A program made the translations under genes and the position numbers. Below the pieces are notes generated by a model. That model made no database searches. It saw nothing but the letters and a program-made list of their open reading frames with translations, and had not been told where the DNA came from. A stretch of DNA of 54,705 nucleotides from a virus. Lineage: Duplodnaviria > Caudoviricetes. Shown piece by piece: positions 10,298 through 20,410 of this stretch. Location: positions 1 through 54,705 of IMG/VR virus record IMGVR_UViG_3300043444_000172. The stretch is one strand, 5' to 3'. Position 1 is the first letter of the stretch; each line of letters opens with the position of its first letter.

Positions 10298-13200
10298 TAG
10301 TATCTACCTGCCATTCAGGAATTAGGTTTAGAGTTATTTCTTCTGGGAAAGCTGGAGAGTTCGGAACTCTTACGTTAATCGACTCAATCTTTCTAAGAAT
10401 AACGTTTTTTCTAGGTTCTAGGTAACTAGCTAGACGCTCTTTAATAAAGTCATCATTAATAATTACCTGACACCAGTCTCCAGGATTGTAAGTGCCGACT
10501 ACTGGATCTAGCGATCCGTTAATCACAATTGAGTACTCGCCCATCGGAGGTCTAGACTGCTTTAAGTATCTAGTTGCAGTCTGATATAGGTCTTCTTCAA
10601 TATCGTAGTTTCCCCAGTTATCTACGTTTAGTACATCTGTAGGCGGAACAGACCAGTCGACTTTTTCAGTGCCATCAAGAATTGGCCAACCATTAGCCAG
10701 CAACTCGGTGTCAGTAGCTGCAGAATATCGCGGACTTGACTCCGAACCAGAGCCTCCGCTATCTGCTGTAACAAACATTCGAGTAGCAGCATTTTCTGCG
10801 TTTTCTGACAAACTAACAGTGCTGATATTTCCTGGGTATTCAAAAATAAGTTTGTCTGCACCAAATGCGCTTGGCGGGGCATACTCACCCGCGGCCAAAG
10901 GATTTGCTATTAGATACTCGGTTAGGCTGTCAGGCTTTCTCGGGATAAAAACAAACATGCGTTTAAACGTACTAACACCATTTACTGTCTCCACAGAGCA
11001 GTCAATTCTATACTCAAAACCATTAATGTTCTCTGAGTACTTGTCTAGGTGCTCTCCAATATTGGTTAGATTACCACCAAGCAAAGTGTTATTTATAACT
11101 GGATAAGTGCTGTAGTCATCGCTAGAGAAAGTGATTCCACCGATATTTGCATTTCCAGGGAACTCGCCGTAGCTCTTTACATATGTAAGAGGGATCTTTG
11201 AAGCATAGGCAGCTCTTGTAAGTGTGGCTTTTGTGAGGCCAGTCAAACTTAAGGTAACACCAGGAGCAGTGTAGGTATAGGTAAATGTATCCTCATCTGG
11301 TACAGTGGCGACTTTTACTGGTTTATTGTCGTTACCAAAATAACTCTCATAGCCAGTAATTCTAACTACAACATAGTCGCCAACTCGAAGTCCGTGGTCC
11401 TCACAGGTAATAGTTCTTGTTGTTCCGGATGAGGTGCAGGCCGCGCCAGTTGGGTATAGCACAGGGCCAAAGTTACTATATGAAGTTGCAGCAAAACCTG
11501 TAGCCGCTGTAAGAGAGACTGCAGTTCCAGAGTTAGTGTAGCTAAATCTAGTGGTGGAAACTACGTCAGTAATCTTTACTGGATCCCCGTCGTTATTAAA
11601 CGTAGAGTCGCTTGAGTTGATAATTACATAATCATCTTCTAGGAACCCATGAGCAGCCGAAGTGGTTATAGTGGCAGTTTCCCCAACTCGCTGTACAAAA
11701 GTTATTGTTTTGTAGAGTTTAGAAATCGAACTAATAAGAGACTTAGTTCTGGTTACAGTACCTCCAGAATTTTGTAGAGCTACGTTAGCTGCACCAGCGG
11801 TATCTGGAGAATAGGTAAAAATTACATCACTAACCACGGAATTAATAGTCTGAGTACCGTCAAAAACAGTATCGTATCCCTTGGCCTGAATATCAACCTT
11901 TATTTGGTCGCCAACATTGAATCTATGGGGAGTTTCGGTAGTTATGTAAACTTTATTGATTCCAGCACCATTTTTGTTTTTCTTTTTATACTGGAATTTT
12001 TTAATGTTAGCTACGCTACCAGGCTCCACCGTCATGTCGTAGAGAGGCTCATACTGGAACCAGGTGGGAGTTGCCCCACCCTCAACCGCAGTAACAGTGT
12101 GGTATCCGCTATATAGCGGCTCATTCCAAGATGGATCATCTACTCCTGCAACGTAGATGTGGTCTCTCGCTACAAAGTCGTGTGGCGTAGAGTCGTATGA
12201 ATCTAACTCTAAACGCTTTCTTGGAACTGAATAGTTTACATAAGAGTTTTTAAGAACTACACCCTTAGTAGAAGTGTCAGCGGTAGCCAGTGCATAGCTA
12301 AAAGTGTACTTTGTAGGTACTGCCGTAATTACAGCTCCATAGCCTTCTTTATTTAAAACTATAGACTTTACATTTTTAGATATTTGTTTATCTTTTTCTA
12401 CGTCAACTATGATTACATCGCCGACCTTAAAAAAATGAGGCTTTGCTGTAGTAAGCGTAGCAACGTTGCTAGTAACAACTGCTCTAGTTACTGACTTTCT
12501 ACTAGTTTCTACCACTCTTCGGTACTTAAGAGGGTAGGCAGTCTCGGTAAGCTCCGAGCCGTTGATCGCTACAGTTAGCCCAGCATTTCCAGTATCAAAC
12601 TTATAGGTTGTCGAGGATGGGACCTCGGTTACTGTCCAGCTCTCATTTTTATCAATGTCATTATTTAGATCTGCATGGACATTTGTGAGTTGTACTGTTT
12701 GTCCCACGACAAGCCCATGAGCAACATTTGTGGTGATTGTAGCTACACCACTATCTACTTTTCTATAAGTAGTTCGGTAAGCATTAGTTACACCTGGCTC
12801 GACTAATTCATTTGCAAACTCGATTGAAGTAAAGTCATTGAACGCTTCTGTAATTAGTTTTCGTGCGTAGTCATAAGTATCTACTTTAGAAGTCACCGTA
12901 ATTGCAGAATAGTAGCTGTTTGGTAGCGCAGGTAATTTAGGAATCTGAACAAAAAAGTAAGATTCTATACCTTCAGTAGAAGTTATGGTTCCGGTAGCGT
13001 CCGCTATGATGACCGAACCATCGGTAGCTGCTGGTGTTAAAAGGCCACTAGTGGCACTCGTATAACTTATTGTGTCCTTAGTGACAGATGTAATGGTTCT
13101 AGAAGATTCGTTTAAACTAGTTCTACCTGAAGTAGTCACCCCAGAGATATTAACAACATCACCGATTCTAAACAGGTGGTTAGGGATCGTCAATAAGACG

Positions 13201-13787
13201 CTAGTCCCTACACGATAAGAAGATTCAATGCCTATCGAGTAAGCACCTTCTAAATCGTAGTAGTCGTTAAAATATCCGCCAATACCAGTCTGAGCAAAAG
13301 ACAATTTTACTTTTGTTCTATTACCTTTAGCATCTGTAGCAGGAAAATCTATGCTTTGGTTTTTCATAACAATTCGGACTTTAGAGCCAGTCTTCTTTTT
13401 AAAAGCAATTGCCTCTATGTCATAGTTAAATGTTTTCCACACAAACCTGTGCTGCAAATAGCTTGTAAATTCAGACGCACTGATGACTAGCGTTCTATCG
13501 ACTAGTGTGTAGTCTCTTGACCAAATCATTCCGCCCCAAACACAGATACCATTCCTAGTAACATATAGGGCAGTTTTTCCAGGCATTGTGTTTTCGTATA
13601 GATTTAAATCTTTAGTATCTGGAGCAATAGCAATAGTTCCAGAAAAAGCTCCAGCACTCTTTAGAGCACGCTCAAAGCTGACATCAGCAAAAGGGATTTC
13701 AGCTAAGACTTCATTAGTGACCATATCTACAGCAAAGTACCTGTAGTTAGCAACCTTTGCTGAAAAGTCATTAGTAGTAATTGGCAT
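10290..13787 (-). CDS. Minor tail protein (Tal/baseplate hub-like) with about seven inserted beta-sandwich repeats
   Basis: N-terminal LAEIPF...GAFSGTI...VWGGMIWSR and C-terminal FEYPGNI...GWPILD...YNPGDW resemble actinophage minor tail proteins. Located two genes after the tape measure gene. Confidence 0.8.
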   Translation of the reverse strand: MPITTNDFSAKVANYRYFAVDMVTNEVLAEIPFADVSFERALKSAGAFSGTIAIAPDTKDLNLYENTMPGKTALYVTRNGICVWGGMIWSRDYTLVDRTLVISASEFTSYLQHRFVWKTFNYDIEAIAFKKKTGSKVRIVMKNQSIDFPATDAKGNRTKVKLSFAQTGIGGYFNDYYDLEGAYSIGIESSYRVGTSVLLTIPNHLFRIGDVVNISGVTTSGRTSLNESSRTITSVTKDTISYTSATSGLLTPAATDGSVIIADATGTITSTEGIESYFFVQIPKLPALPNSYYSAITVTSKVDTYDYARKLITEAFNDFTSIEFANELVEPGVTNAYRTTYRKVDSGVATITTNVAHGLVVGQTVQLTNVHADLNNDIDKNESWTVTEVPSSTTYKFDTGNAGLTVAINGSELTETAYPLKYRRVVETSRKSVTRAVVTSNVATLTTAKPHFFKVGDVIIVDVEKDKQISKNVKSIVLNKEGYGAVITAVPTKYTFSYALATADTSTKGVVLKNSYVNYSVPRKRLELDSYDSTPHDFVARDHIYVAGVDDPSWNEPLYSGYHTVTAVEGGATPTWFQYEPLYDMTVEPGSVANIKKFQYKKKNKNGAGINKVYITTETPHRFNVGDQIKVDIQAKGYDTVFDGTQTINSVVSDVIFTYSPDTAGAANVALQNSGGTVTRTKSLISSISKLYKTITFVQRVGETATITTSAAHGFLEDDYVIINSSDSTFNNDGDPVKITDVVSTTRFSYTNSGTAVSLTAATGFAATSYSNFGPVLYPTGAACTSSGTTRTITCEDHGLRVGDYVVVRITGYESYFGNDNKPVKVATVPDEDTFTYTYTAPGVTLSLTGLTKATLTRAAYASKIPLTYVKSYGEFPGNANIGGITFSSDDYSTYPVINNTLLGGNLTNIGEHLDKYSENINGFEYRIDCSVETVNGVSTFKRMFVFIPRKPDSLTEYLIANPLAAGEYAPPSAFGADKLIFEYPGNISTVSLSENAENAATRMFVTADSGGSGSESSPRYSAATDTELLANGWPILDGTEKVDWSVPPTDVLNVDNWGNYDIEEDLYQTATRYLKQSRPPMGEYSIVINGSLDPVVGTYNPGDWCQVIINDDFIKERLASYLEPRKNVILRKIESINVRVPNSPAFPEEITLNLIPEWQVDTSG

Positions 13788-13825
13788 TGTCTAACCCTAT
13801 GTCTGAACGTCGTTATACAACTATT

Positions 13826-15490
13826 TTAACCTATCCAACCAGATCGGTATTTGATGGTCAGATCTGTAGTACCGCCGGAGTCAGTAAAAGTTATTGTGTT
13901 GTCATCCGGAGCAAGGACAATCCAGTCAACTAGCGGGTCAATAAATGACCTAGCACTTATTGCTCCACCGTTATAGAACGCCGAACCATTAAACAGGGCA
14001 GTTTTATTGTAGGTGTCAACCTCTAGGGTGTCCGCTGAATCAAGCCCTATATCTCCGTCAGTAACTAGATCGGCCAGAGTTCCGCTATTTGCACTCGTAT
14101 AAGTGATAGTGGTCTCAGTAGTATCAGTAATAGTGACGGCTGCTTCGTTTAATCCAGTTCTACCGGAAGTTGTAATGTTCGCGATAGTTACAATATCTCC
14201 CGTATAAAAACTATGACCAGCGGTAGTTAAAGTAACCGTGTTTCCAGTTCTCTCGGATCGAGTTATATTGACCGAATAGTTTGCAGCACGAAGAGTTTTA
14301 ACTATAGTAAGTGTTTGATCTAGCGTGGTGTTATTTACTGTAATCGGAGCAGTTAAGTTAGCAGTAGCTCCGCCAGTGATCGTAAAAACAATAGGGACGT
14401 TGGTATTTCCATCGTTAGGGAGGTCCGCGCTAGAGCCATTAGTTACAGTTCTAGTTACATAGCCATCGGCATCTTCCCAGTTCCACAAATACTTGATTGG
14501 ATTGGCAGCACGAAGACCAATAGAGAAATTAATTCGCCCACGAGCATTGACATTTTCTATCTCTGGACGTCCACTTATTCTCACAAAAGCAGCTTTTGTA
14601 GGCGATTCATTAACCAGTAACCACCCACCTTTGTGGATAAGATCAATAGCTTCAATTAGTTTGTTTCTAGCAACCGCAGCGGCGTTAGCACTTGGAGCTA
14701 AGAGTGATCCAGTGAAGGTTAGGTTTCTAGCGGAGTACCTACCGCGAACATCGTATGACCCATCATCAAGACCACGAGTAAGATCAGGGACCTCGGAATC
14801 GGGGAGATTCCACCAACCCTGAATATCGCTACAGACCCAAACAACATCGTTTTCGTCAATGGTGTTAAAAACAATATCATTTAGCATAATGTCAGCATTA
14901 AGCTGCATTCCAGTGATGTGCGGAATTGGAACAGGGCTAAGGGCAATGTTGACCCTTTTGTTTTCTTCGCCCTGGTCACGAGACTCGATAAACTGAGTAA
15001 CTGTTGCAGAGTTTTCCAGCTTTACAGCATCTACTAAAAAGTAGTTTCCTATAGTTTTAAGTCCGCTGTCTTGGTAAACAACTACGTCTGCAAAAGCAGT
15101 GCTGGTAGGGGCAGTTGCGTTTTCAGCAGTTAACCTGACCCAACCATCGGAACTAGTTACAGTAGTTAAAGTTCCAGCTGTAGTACTGAGATGAGAACCA
15201 CCTGAGTCATACCATCTAATGCTAGCTCTAGCTTCAATTGTTTCTTGTCCGGCAAGAACTTTTACGTACGCTGAACCACTGTAAACACTTGCGGCAGTGG
15301 CTACTGCTTTGTATCCGGCTGCACTATATACACCAGCATCATCTGTAGCAGATGATTTTGTGAATTTAACACAGGCGTCGCCAATAAAAGAGTCGGCAGT
15401 GTAAGCAGCAATACTTCCAGAAGTAAAAGCTGTCCATCCTGTAGTTCCGTTTTTAAAGGACGGGTTATAAAGTAAATTATCTCTAATCAT
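13826..15490 (-). CDS. Distal tail (Dit-like) protein with N-terminal carbohydrate-binding-like domain
   Basis: NLLYNPSFKNGTTGW...GWVRLT CBM-like domain, IQGWWNLP...YSARNLTFTG Dit core, YRSGW C-terminus. Directly follows the tape measure gene. Confidence 0.8.
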   Translation of the reverse strand: MIRDNLLYNPSFKNGTTGWTAFTSGSIAAYTADSFIGDACVKFTKSSATDDAGVYSAAGYKAVATAASVYSGSAYVKVLAGQETIEARASIRWYDSGGSHLSTTAGTLTTVTSSDGWVRLTAENATAPTSTAFADVVVYQDSGLKTIGNYFLVDAVKLENSATVTQFIESRDQGEENKRVNIALSPVPIPHITGMQLNADIMLNDIVFNTIDENDVVWVCSDIQGWWNLPDSEVPDLTRGLDDGSYDVRGRYSARNLTFTGSLLAPSANAAAVARNKLIEAIDLIHKGGWLLVNESPTKAAFVRISGRPEIENVNARGRINFSIGLRAANPIKYLWNWEDADGYVTRTVTNGSSADLPNDGNTNVPIVFTITGGATANLTAPITVNNTTLDQTLTIVKTLRAANYSVNITRSERTGNTVTLTTAGHSFYTGDIVTIANITTSGRTGLNEAAVTITDTTETTITYTSANSGTLADLVTDGDIGLDSADTLEVDTYNKTALFNGSAFYNGGAISARSFIDPLVDWIVLAPDDNTITFTDSGGTTDLTIKYRSGWIG

Positions 15491-18369
15491 TACTTACCTC
15501 CCTTTCTCATAGTAAATGCAAGTCTACGAGAAACTTCAGTAGCTAACTCGTTAATATCCATTTCTGGGGTTGCCATTACAGTCATATTTATAGTGACGCC
15601 ACTGTTGTAGCCGGTGGCCATGCTATTGATCAGATCCTGATCCCTTTGAGTTAGCTGAGACATCTGATCTGGGCTAAAAGTAGAAGGCATAGATGCCCCC
15701 AAAGATGCTGCCCCAGCGACAGCGGATAAACCTTGATTTCCTTCGGTTTGTCTAATAGAGACACCGCTAGCAGGTTCCGCAAATTGTTGGTCTATATTCC
15801 TAGCAGCATCTTTAGTCCACTCGACTTTCTCGATACGAGGAATTGTAAGCTTTGCTGGATCAAGGCCTACACCTTTTAATAGGTTTCCAAAAAATGGTAT
15901 GGATCCCCAGTTTTTAATCTGACCTTCGATAACAGTACCAAAGAAGTTTAATACGTCAATAATACCGTTTACAAAGAACTGTACGATTCCAAGAAGCATG
16001 ATAGCTATGCCTCCAAAAATTCTAGCCATACCAGACTCAAATTTTCCTTGGAATAGATCTATAACACCCTGAAATAGCTGGTTAAGTCCAGGGCCAAACG
16101 CATTAAAAAGAGTCCCGAGGAGGTCGGTGATAAGAGTAATTGAGGCTATGATTGCAGTTGCTAACTGCCCAAAAACCGGAACTAATATATAAATAACAAA
16201 ATCGGAGATCGCGTTAAGAATACCCATCAAACCAGTATCGGAACCACCTGTTCCTTGCCCGATACCAAATACAACTTTAATCGATTCCCAGAGTTCCCCC
16301 AGTGATGTCATTAATTTATTAAAAGCATTGCTTATAGAATCACCAATTTGACCAAGCATATCTTTAAATTCTTGGCTTATCTGTAGTAATTCTATAAATC
16401 TTATGATTAAGGTAAGAGCAATTGTCAATGCTCCACCAATTTTTAGTAGTTTTCCAACACTACCTATTTTTGCCCATAGTCCACTAAATCTCTCTGCCCA
16501 CGTTAGAGCTTTACCTCCAGGACCCTTAGGCAGGAATAAGTCAAAGAATTTACCTGCCGGCTTAAAGACTGCTATAACGTTTCCAACAATAACCTTAAAG
16601 AAGAAACTGATGGCCTTGGCAATGGTACCAAAAGCTGCAGTAAAGGCAAAAATTCTTCCGGTGAACTGAAGTAATTTTTGACCCGTCTCTGTTTCAAGAA
16701 CTGCGTTTAATTGCTTTAAAGCACCTGTTAAGGTTTCAAAAAATATTTTTGGTGCTTCAGAGTCGCTAACTAGTTTTAAGAACTTAGCAATCTGAACTAC
16801 AAACTCTGCAAAAGCTGGACCAGCCTCTACAGAATTTTTAAGAATATCTCCAATATATGGAGCAGCCTCTTGAAGAATTGTAAATGTTTCGCCAATGGCA
16901 GGGTTTGTGCCAATGCCTTTTAATTCTTCAAAGAATTTTCCAATTGTTTGGAAAATAATTTTTGCATTTTTAGCAACACCTTTAAAGTATGTCTCTAGAC
17001 TTTTTTTGCCTGCAATAGTGTCATTAAGCGCAGCCCACTGGCCAGTAGCATCTTTAAGCCAATCAAGTAGGTACTGGCCACCAGAATCAGGGCCAAAGTT
17101 TGCCTCTACAATGCCGCCTAGTGCGTCAAAGACGTTACCAAAAACTTCCCCGAAGTCAGCAGCAATGTCGCCAGATCTTGCAAAGTATGCCTCTAGATCA
17201 ATTGATTGAAGTAGATTATTAAAGTCAGTAACCTTGGTAATTAAGAAGTCTAGGAATCTTTCCGCCTGCGGCTGAGCAGCACCTAGAGCAATTAAGAATC
17301 CTTCAAAAAGTCCCGAAAGAAGATCGCCAACTTTTTCAATAATTATTGCGCTGTCATCAAACAGAGTTTTAATTCTTGATATGTTTTCAGACTTAGTTAG
17401 CATGTTGGTAATGCTCTCTACCGCACCACCAACAGCTTCACCAATCTTCTGAAAACCTTCAACTAGAATTGGAAAATAGGAAGCATTAATTCTTTCGAGC
17501 TGCTGTTGCAAGATAGGAAGAAATCCCGAAGCAGCAGCTTCTTTTAACGCTTTTAGTCGATCTTGAATTGTTAATAGATACTCAGCAAATTTTCTTTGGC
17601 TAGGAGTTAGATTCCCAAAAGGATCATTTGCTCCACCAGCAGCCCCTCGCTTCTTGGCCTTCTGAGCCTCTTTGTCGGCTTCCTGAGCACGTCTATATGC
17701 TAGATCGGCTTCTTCATACGCGAGCTCTGCTTCTCGACGTGCTCTAGAGTTTGGTGGCAACTGCTGCGCTGCAAGTAGATTTTCCCTGGCTTGCTCTAGA
17801 TTTAATCCAGCTCGACGTAAGTTCAGGGAAGCTGCTTCAGCATCAAAAGCTAATTGTTTAATCTGTCTGGCAACCGCAGATGCAACGCTTCCATATTGCT
17901 TCGTCAACTGAGTTGCTTGCTGAACAGCTTCGCCAACCCCGCCAAGAGCGAGTTTAGCAACACCAAGGCCGATCCTCAGACCGACCATAATATTAGCTAG
18001 AGATACAAAAGAAGGAAGCGCGGCTACTGCCGTTCCACCAAGAGCAACGATTCCACCACCGACAGCAGCGAGTGCTCCAACTAGTACGCTAAGACCGGTT
18101 TGTAGGTAGTAACCAGTTTTTACTAGCCTTCTAAACTGCTCTCTAGCCTGCTCTGCGTCCGGTACTAGTGTTCGTAGGCCGTCACTAATTCGCCCAAATA
18201 TATTGCCAGAGCCACTGCTATTGAATCCTCTAAAAAAGGAATTACCAAGTTCGCGGCCAGCACGACCAGCGACAGAGTCGTCGATGTTATTAAACCCTCG
18301 TTTAATATCATCAGCGACCCCTGTCGTGATCGCTCTAACAATAATATGGGCTTCGCCTACCAGTGCCAT
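15490..18369 (-). CDS. Tape measure protein
   Basis: 959 aa helical Ala/Gly/Leu-rich protein with hydrophobic segments, MALVGEAHIIVRA start, located after the chaperone pair. Confidence 0.9.
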   Translation of the reverse strand: MALVGEAHIIVRAITTGVADDIKRGFNNIDDSVAGRAGRELGNSFFRGFNSSGSGNIFGRISDGLRTLVPDAEQAREQFRRLVKTGYYLQTGLSVLVGALAAVGGGIVALGGTAVAALPSFVSLANIMVGLRIGLGVAKLALGGVGEAVQQATQLTKQYGSVASAVARQIKQLAFDAEAASLNLRRAGLNLEQARENLLAAQQLPPNSRARREAELAYEEADLAYRRAQEADKEAQKAKKRGAAGGANDPFGNLTPSQRKFAEYLLTIQDRLKALKEAAASGFLPILQQQLERINASYFPILVEGFQKIGEAVGGAVESITNMLTKSENISRIKTLFDDSAIIIEKVGDLLSGLFEGFLIALGAAQPQAERFLDFLITKVTDFNNLLQSIDLEAYFARSGDIAADFGEVFGNVFDALGGIVEANFGPDSGGQYLLDWLKDATGQWAALNDTIAGKKSLETYFKGVAKNAKIIFQTIGKFFEELKGIGTNPAIGETFTILQEAAPYIGDILKNSVEAGPAFAEFVVQIAKFLKLVSDSEAPKIFFETLTGALKQLNAVLETETGQKLLQFTGRIFAFTAAFGTIAKAISFFFKVIVGNVIAVFKPAGKFFDLFLPKGPGGKALTWAERFSGLWAKIGSVGKLLKIGGALTIALTLIIRFIELLQISQEFKDMLGQIGDSISNAFNKLMTSLGELWESIKVVFGIGQGTGGSDTGLMGILNAISDFVIYILVPVFGQLATAIIASITLITDLLGTLFNAFGPGLNQLFQGVIDLFQGKFESGMARIFGGIAIMLLGIVQFFVNGIIDVLNFFGTVIEGQIKNWGSIPFFGNLLKGVGLDPAKLTIPRIEKVEWTKDAARNIDQQFAEPASGVSIRQTEGNQGLSAVAGAASLGASMPSTFSPDQMSQLTQRDQDLINSMATGYNSGVTINMTVMATPEMDINELATEVSRRLAFTMRKGGK

Positions 18370-18375
18370 GGATTC

Positions 18376-18760
18376 CTACCTAAGCGGAGCTTCTATATTC
18401 CTACCAAATTGGAGACCGACTTCCGGATCAAATTCGGTTGGTGGAATGTAAGGTTTAGTTTCGTTTGAATCATAGGCAGGTCCAGAGGTATTATTAGTGG
18501 TGTTATTGGATCCGGATGCTCCATATCTAAACTTTGTTTTATACATAGTCTGATATAGAGCGGTTCGCATAGCATCAAGACCCTTTGCCTCTTCAGCTGA
18601 GTGATATCTATGATCTTCTTCAAAAAAGAAATGGATAACGTCTAACATGTCAGATGCCTCCATTTCTTTTAAATCTAATCCGAATACTAAAGCTTTACCA
18701 TTTATAAAAGGCCAGAGATCTGCAGCCCACTCTGCTAGACCTCTGGCTGCGATTCCGGGC
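18376..18760 (-). CDS. Tail assembly chaperone, downstream (-1 frameshift) part
   Basis: Open frame is -1 relative to 18735..19070, overlaps its 3' end, lacks a convincing start of its own and lies just before the tape measure gene. Confidence 0.65.
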
Positions 18761-19070
18761 GGTTTGTAAGCTGCTCCACAACCCACGCGGTAATTTCGCC
18801 AAGTGTTTCTACAGTTACAATTTTGTCTTTGTCTGCCAGCAATGCATTAAATCGAACTAGGCTCTCATCAACCAAAACACGAGAGAAAAATTCTTCTACG
18901 ACTCGAGCCGCCGCCACTGGATCGCTGCTCGCTGAGTCCTTTACTAGGTTCAGTAGAACCTTGCCTTGGATTGCTTTTACGCAAGTGAATGTTTCTCCGT
19001 AAAGCTGAAAAGTTACTTCTTCTAGCTCAGATAGGTCTGGACCAGCACCAAAATCTTTAAATTTAGACAT
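18735..19070 (-). CDS. Tail assembly chaperone
   Basis: 111 aa, position in the tail module, ends ...WVVEQLTNRPESQPEV as in G/GT-type chaperones. Confidence 0.75.
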   Translation of the reverse strand: MSKFKDFGAGPDLSELEEVTFQLYGETFTCVKAIQGKVLLNLVKDSASSDPVAAARVVEEFFSRVLVDESLVRFNALLADKDKIVTVETLGEITAWVVEQLTNRPESQPEV

Positions 19071-19163
19071 TCGTACTACTTTCTATGTGTCGTTTGAAAT
19101 TTGAAATAGGGTATTTTACCCTCTTATATATTCTACCAAGCCCGAGTATCAATGATTTAAGAC

Positions 19164-19694
19164 CTACTTGAAGAAATGATGTAGTTGAGCTCTCAGGTAT
19201 GGGTTTGGTCTAGTTCCAGGATGTTTTACAACAGGAGAGTGGACCAACACTCTGCTTCTTTTACCTCTAAATACCAATTCTTTTCCAGGCTTAGCAGCAA
19301 TAACGTGGGGTTTAGTCCCCTCATGGTGGTAGTAAGCATAGGGGAGTTTAGATCCAATCCAAATGTACTGACCTGTAGGATTTCCCAGGTGTTTCATATG
19401 AATAGATCTTTTTAGAGCTCCAGTGCGCACTCCAACCATTGCCTGAGCACCAGCAACAGCTAGTTTTCCACGACTATGTAGGTATGGCCAAAGATCGCCA
19501 GAAGGCGTGGTAAGGTATTCTCTTAGTTCATTTTCATATAAATTAAGATGACTAAATTTATATGAAAAACCCCTACTTCTACTGCCTAATGTTATTTTTC
19601 CAGAGCCTCGGCCTTTGGCAGCTCGCTTTAGGGCCCTGCTAGCTTTACCAATACCGTAGGTAGCCCAGCTATCTGGAATAACAAAAAATGGCAT
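19164..19694 (-). CDS. HK97 gp10-like tail completion/neck protein
   Basis: VRTGALKRSI, YAYYHHEGT and HPGTRPNPYL motifs; basic protein. Confidence 0.75.
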   Translation of the reverse strand: MPFFVIPDSWATYGIGKASRALKRAAKGRGSGKITLGSRSRGFSYKFSHLNLYENELREYLTTPSGDLWPYLHSRGKLAVAGAQAMVGVRTGALKRSIHMKHLGNPTGQYIWIGSKLPYAYYHHEGTKPHVIAAKPGKELVFRGKRSRVLVHSPVVKHPGTRPNPYLRAQLHHFFK

Positions 19695-19695
19695 T

Positions 19696-20199
19696 TTATG
19701 GAACCGCCATTGTGATGGTCAGCACTGTCGTCTGGAATCCGCCCTCGGGAGCACCAGCTTCAAGCGTAGCTACAACACCAATTCCATAACCAGTATCGTC
19801 CCACTGGTCCAGTAGGTTTACAGACTGCATCAAAACCCAAGAGTCAATTGCCTGAACAGAAGAAGCTAGCTCTATCTTGTCTGGTGAAGGTGGTCTACCA
19901 TTTTGACCAACAATTGGAGTGCTTCTAGAAATTGAAACTGTTAAAGTAGCACTTCTAGGAACATTGCACCTCATTGGCTCACCGATCTGGGAGCCTGGTG
20001 CGCCTAGGTACATCTGTAAAAACGATACGACAAGTTGCTCGCAGTCAACTGCCGGCTGGGACATAGACCAGTAGCAGCGACTAGGAAGCTCTACGTTGTA
20101 TGACTGAAATACAGTCTGTACCCTCTCCAGAACTCCCTCCATCATATTCTTCAGATTCAGAGAATCTTCAGACACATTTCGAAGGTCGTAAATAGCCAT
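19696..20199 (-). CDS. Putative tail terminator/head-tail joining protein
   Basis: 167 aa, PAVDCEQLVVS and GAPEGG, position between adaptor and gp10-like gene. Confidence 0.55.
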   Translation of the reverse strand: MAIYDLRNVSEDSLNLKNMMEGVLERVQTVFQSYNVELPSRCYWSMSQPAVDCEQLVVSFLQMYLGAPGSQIGEPMRCNVPRSATLTVSISRSTPIVGQNGRPPSPDKIELASSVQAIDSWVLMQSVNLLDQWDDTGYGIGVVATLEAGAPEGGFQTTVLTITMAVP

Positions 20200-20204
20200 T
20201 TATA

Positions 20205-20399
20205 TTACTCCTCAGTAGGAGCGGCTACCTCTTCAACAACGTCCTCGACAACTGGAGCAACGGTCTCTTCAACTACAACTGGTGCAGCTTTTGGAGCCTT
20301 AGCCTTAGGTGCAGGAGCAGCCTTTTTTTCTACGACAACCTCAGCTGGCTTTGCAGCTCCAGGCATGTCTACAGCACGGAAGTTTGTTTGAACTGCCAT
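20205..20399 (-). CDS. Small low-complexity (Ala/Pro/Lys/Glu/Val) protein
   Basis: 64 aa ORF with upstream AAGGA RBS and codon usage like the structural genes. Confidence 0.7.
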   Translation of the reverse strand: MAVQTNFRAVDMPGAAKPAEVVVEKKAAPAPKAKAPKAAPVVVEETVAPVVEDVVEEVAAPTEE

Positions 20400-20410
20400 T
20401 TTATTTTTCC

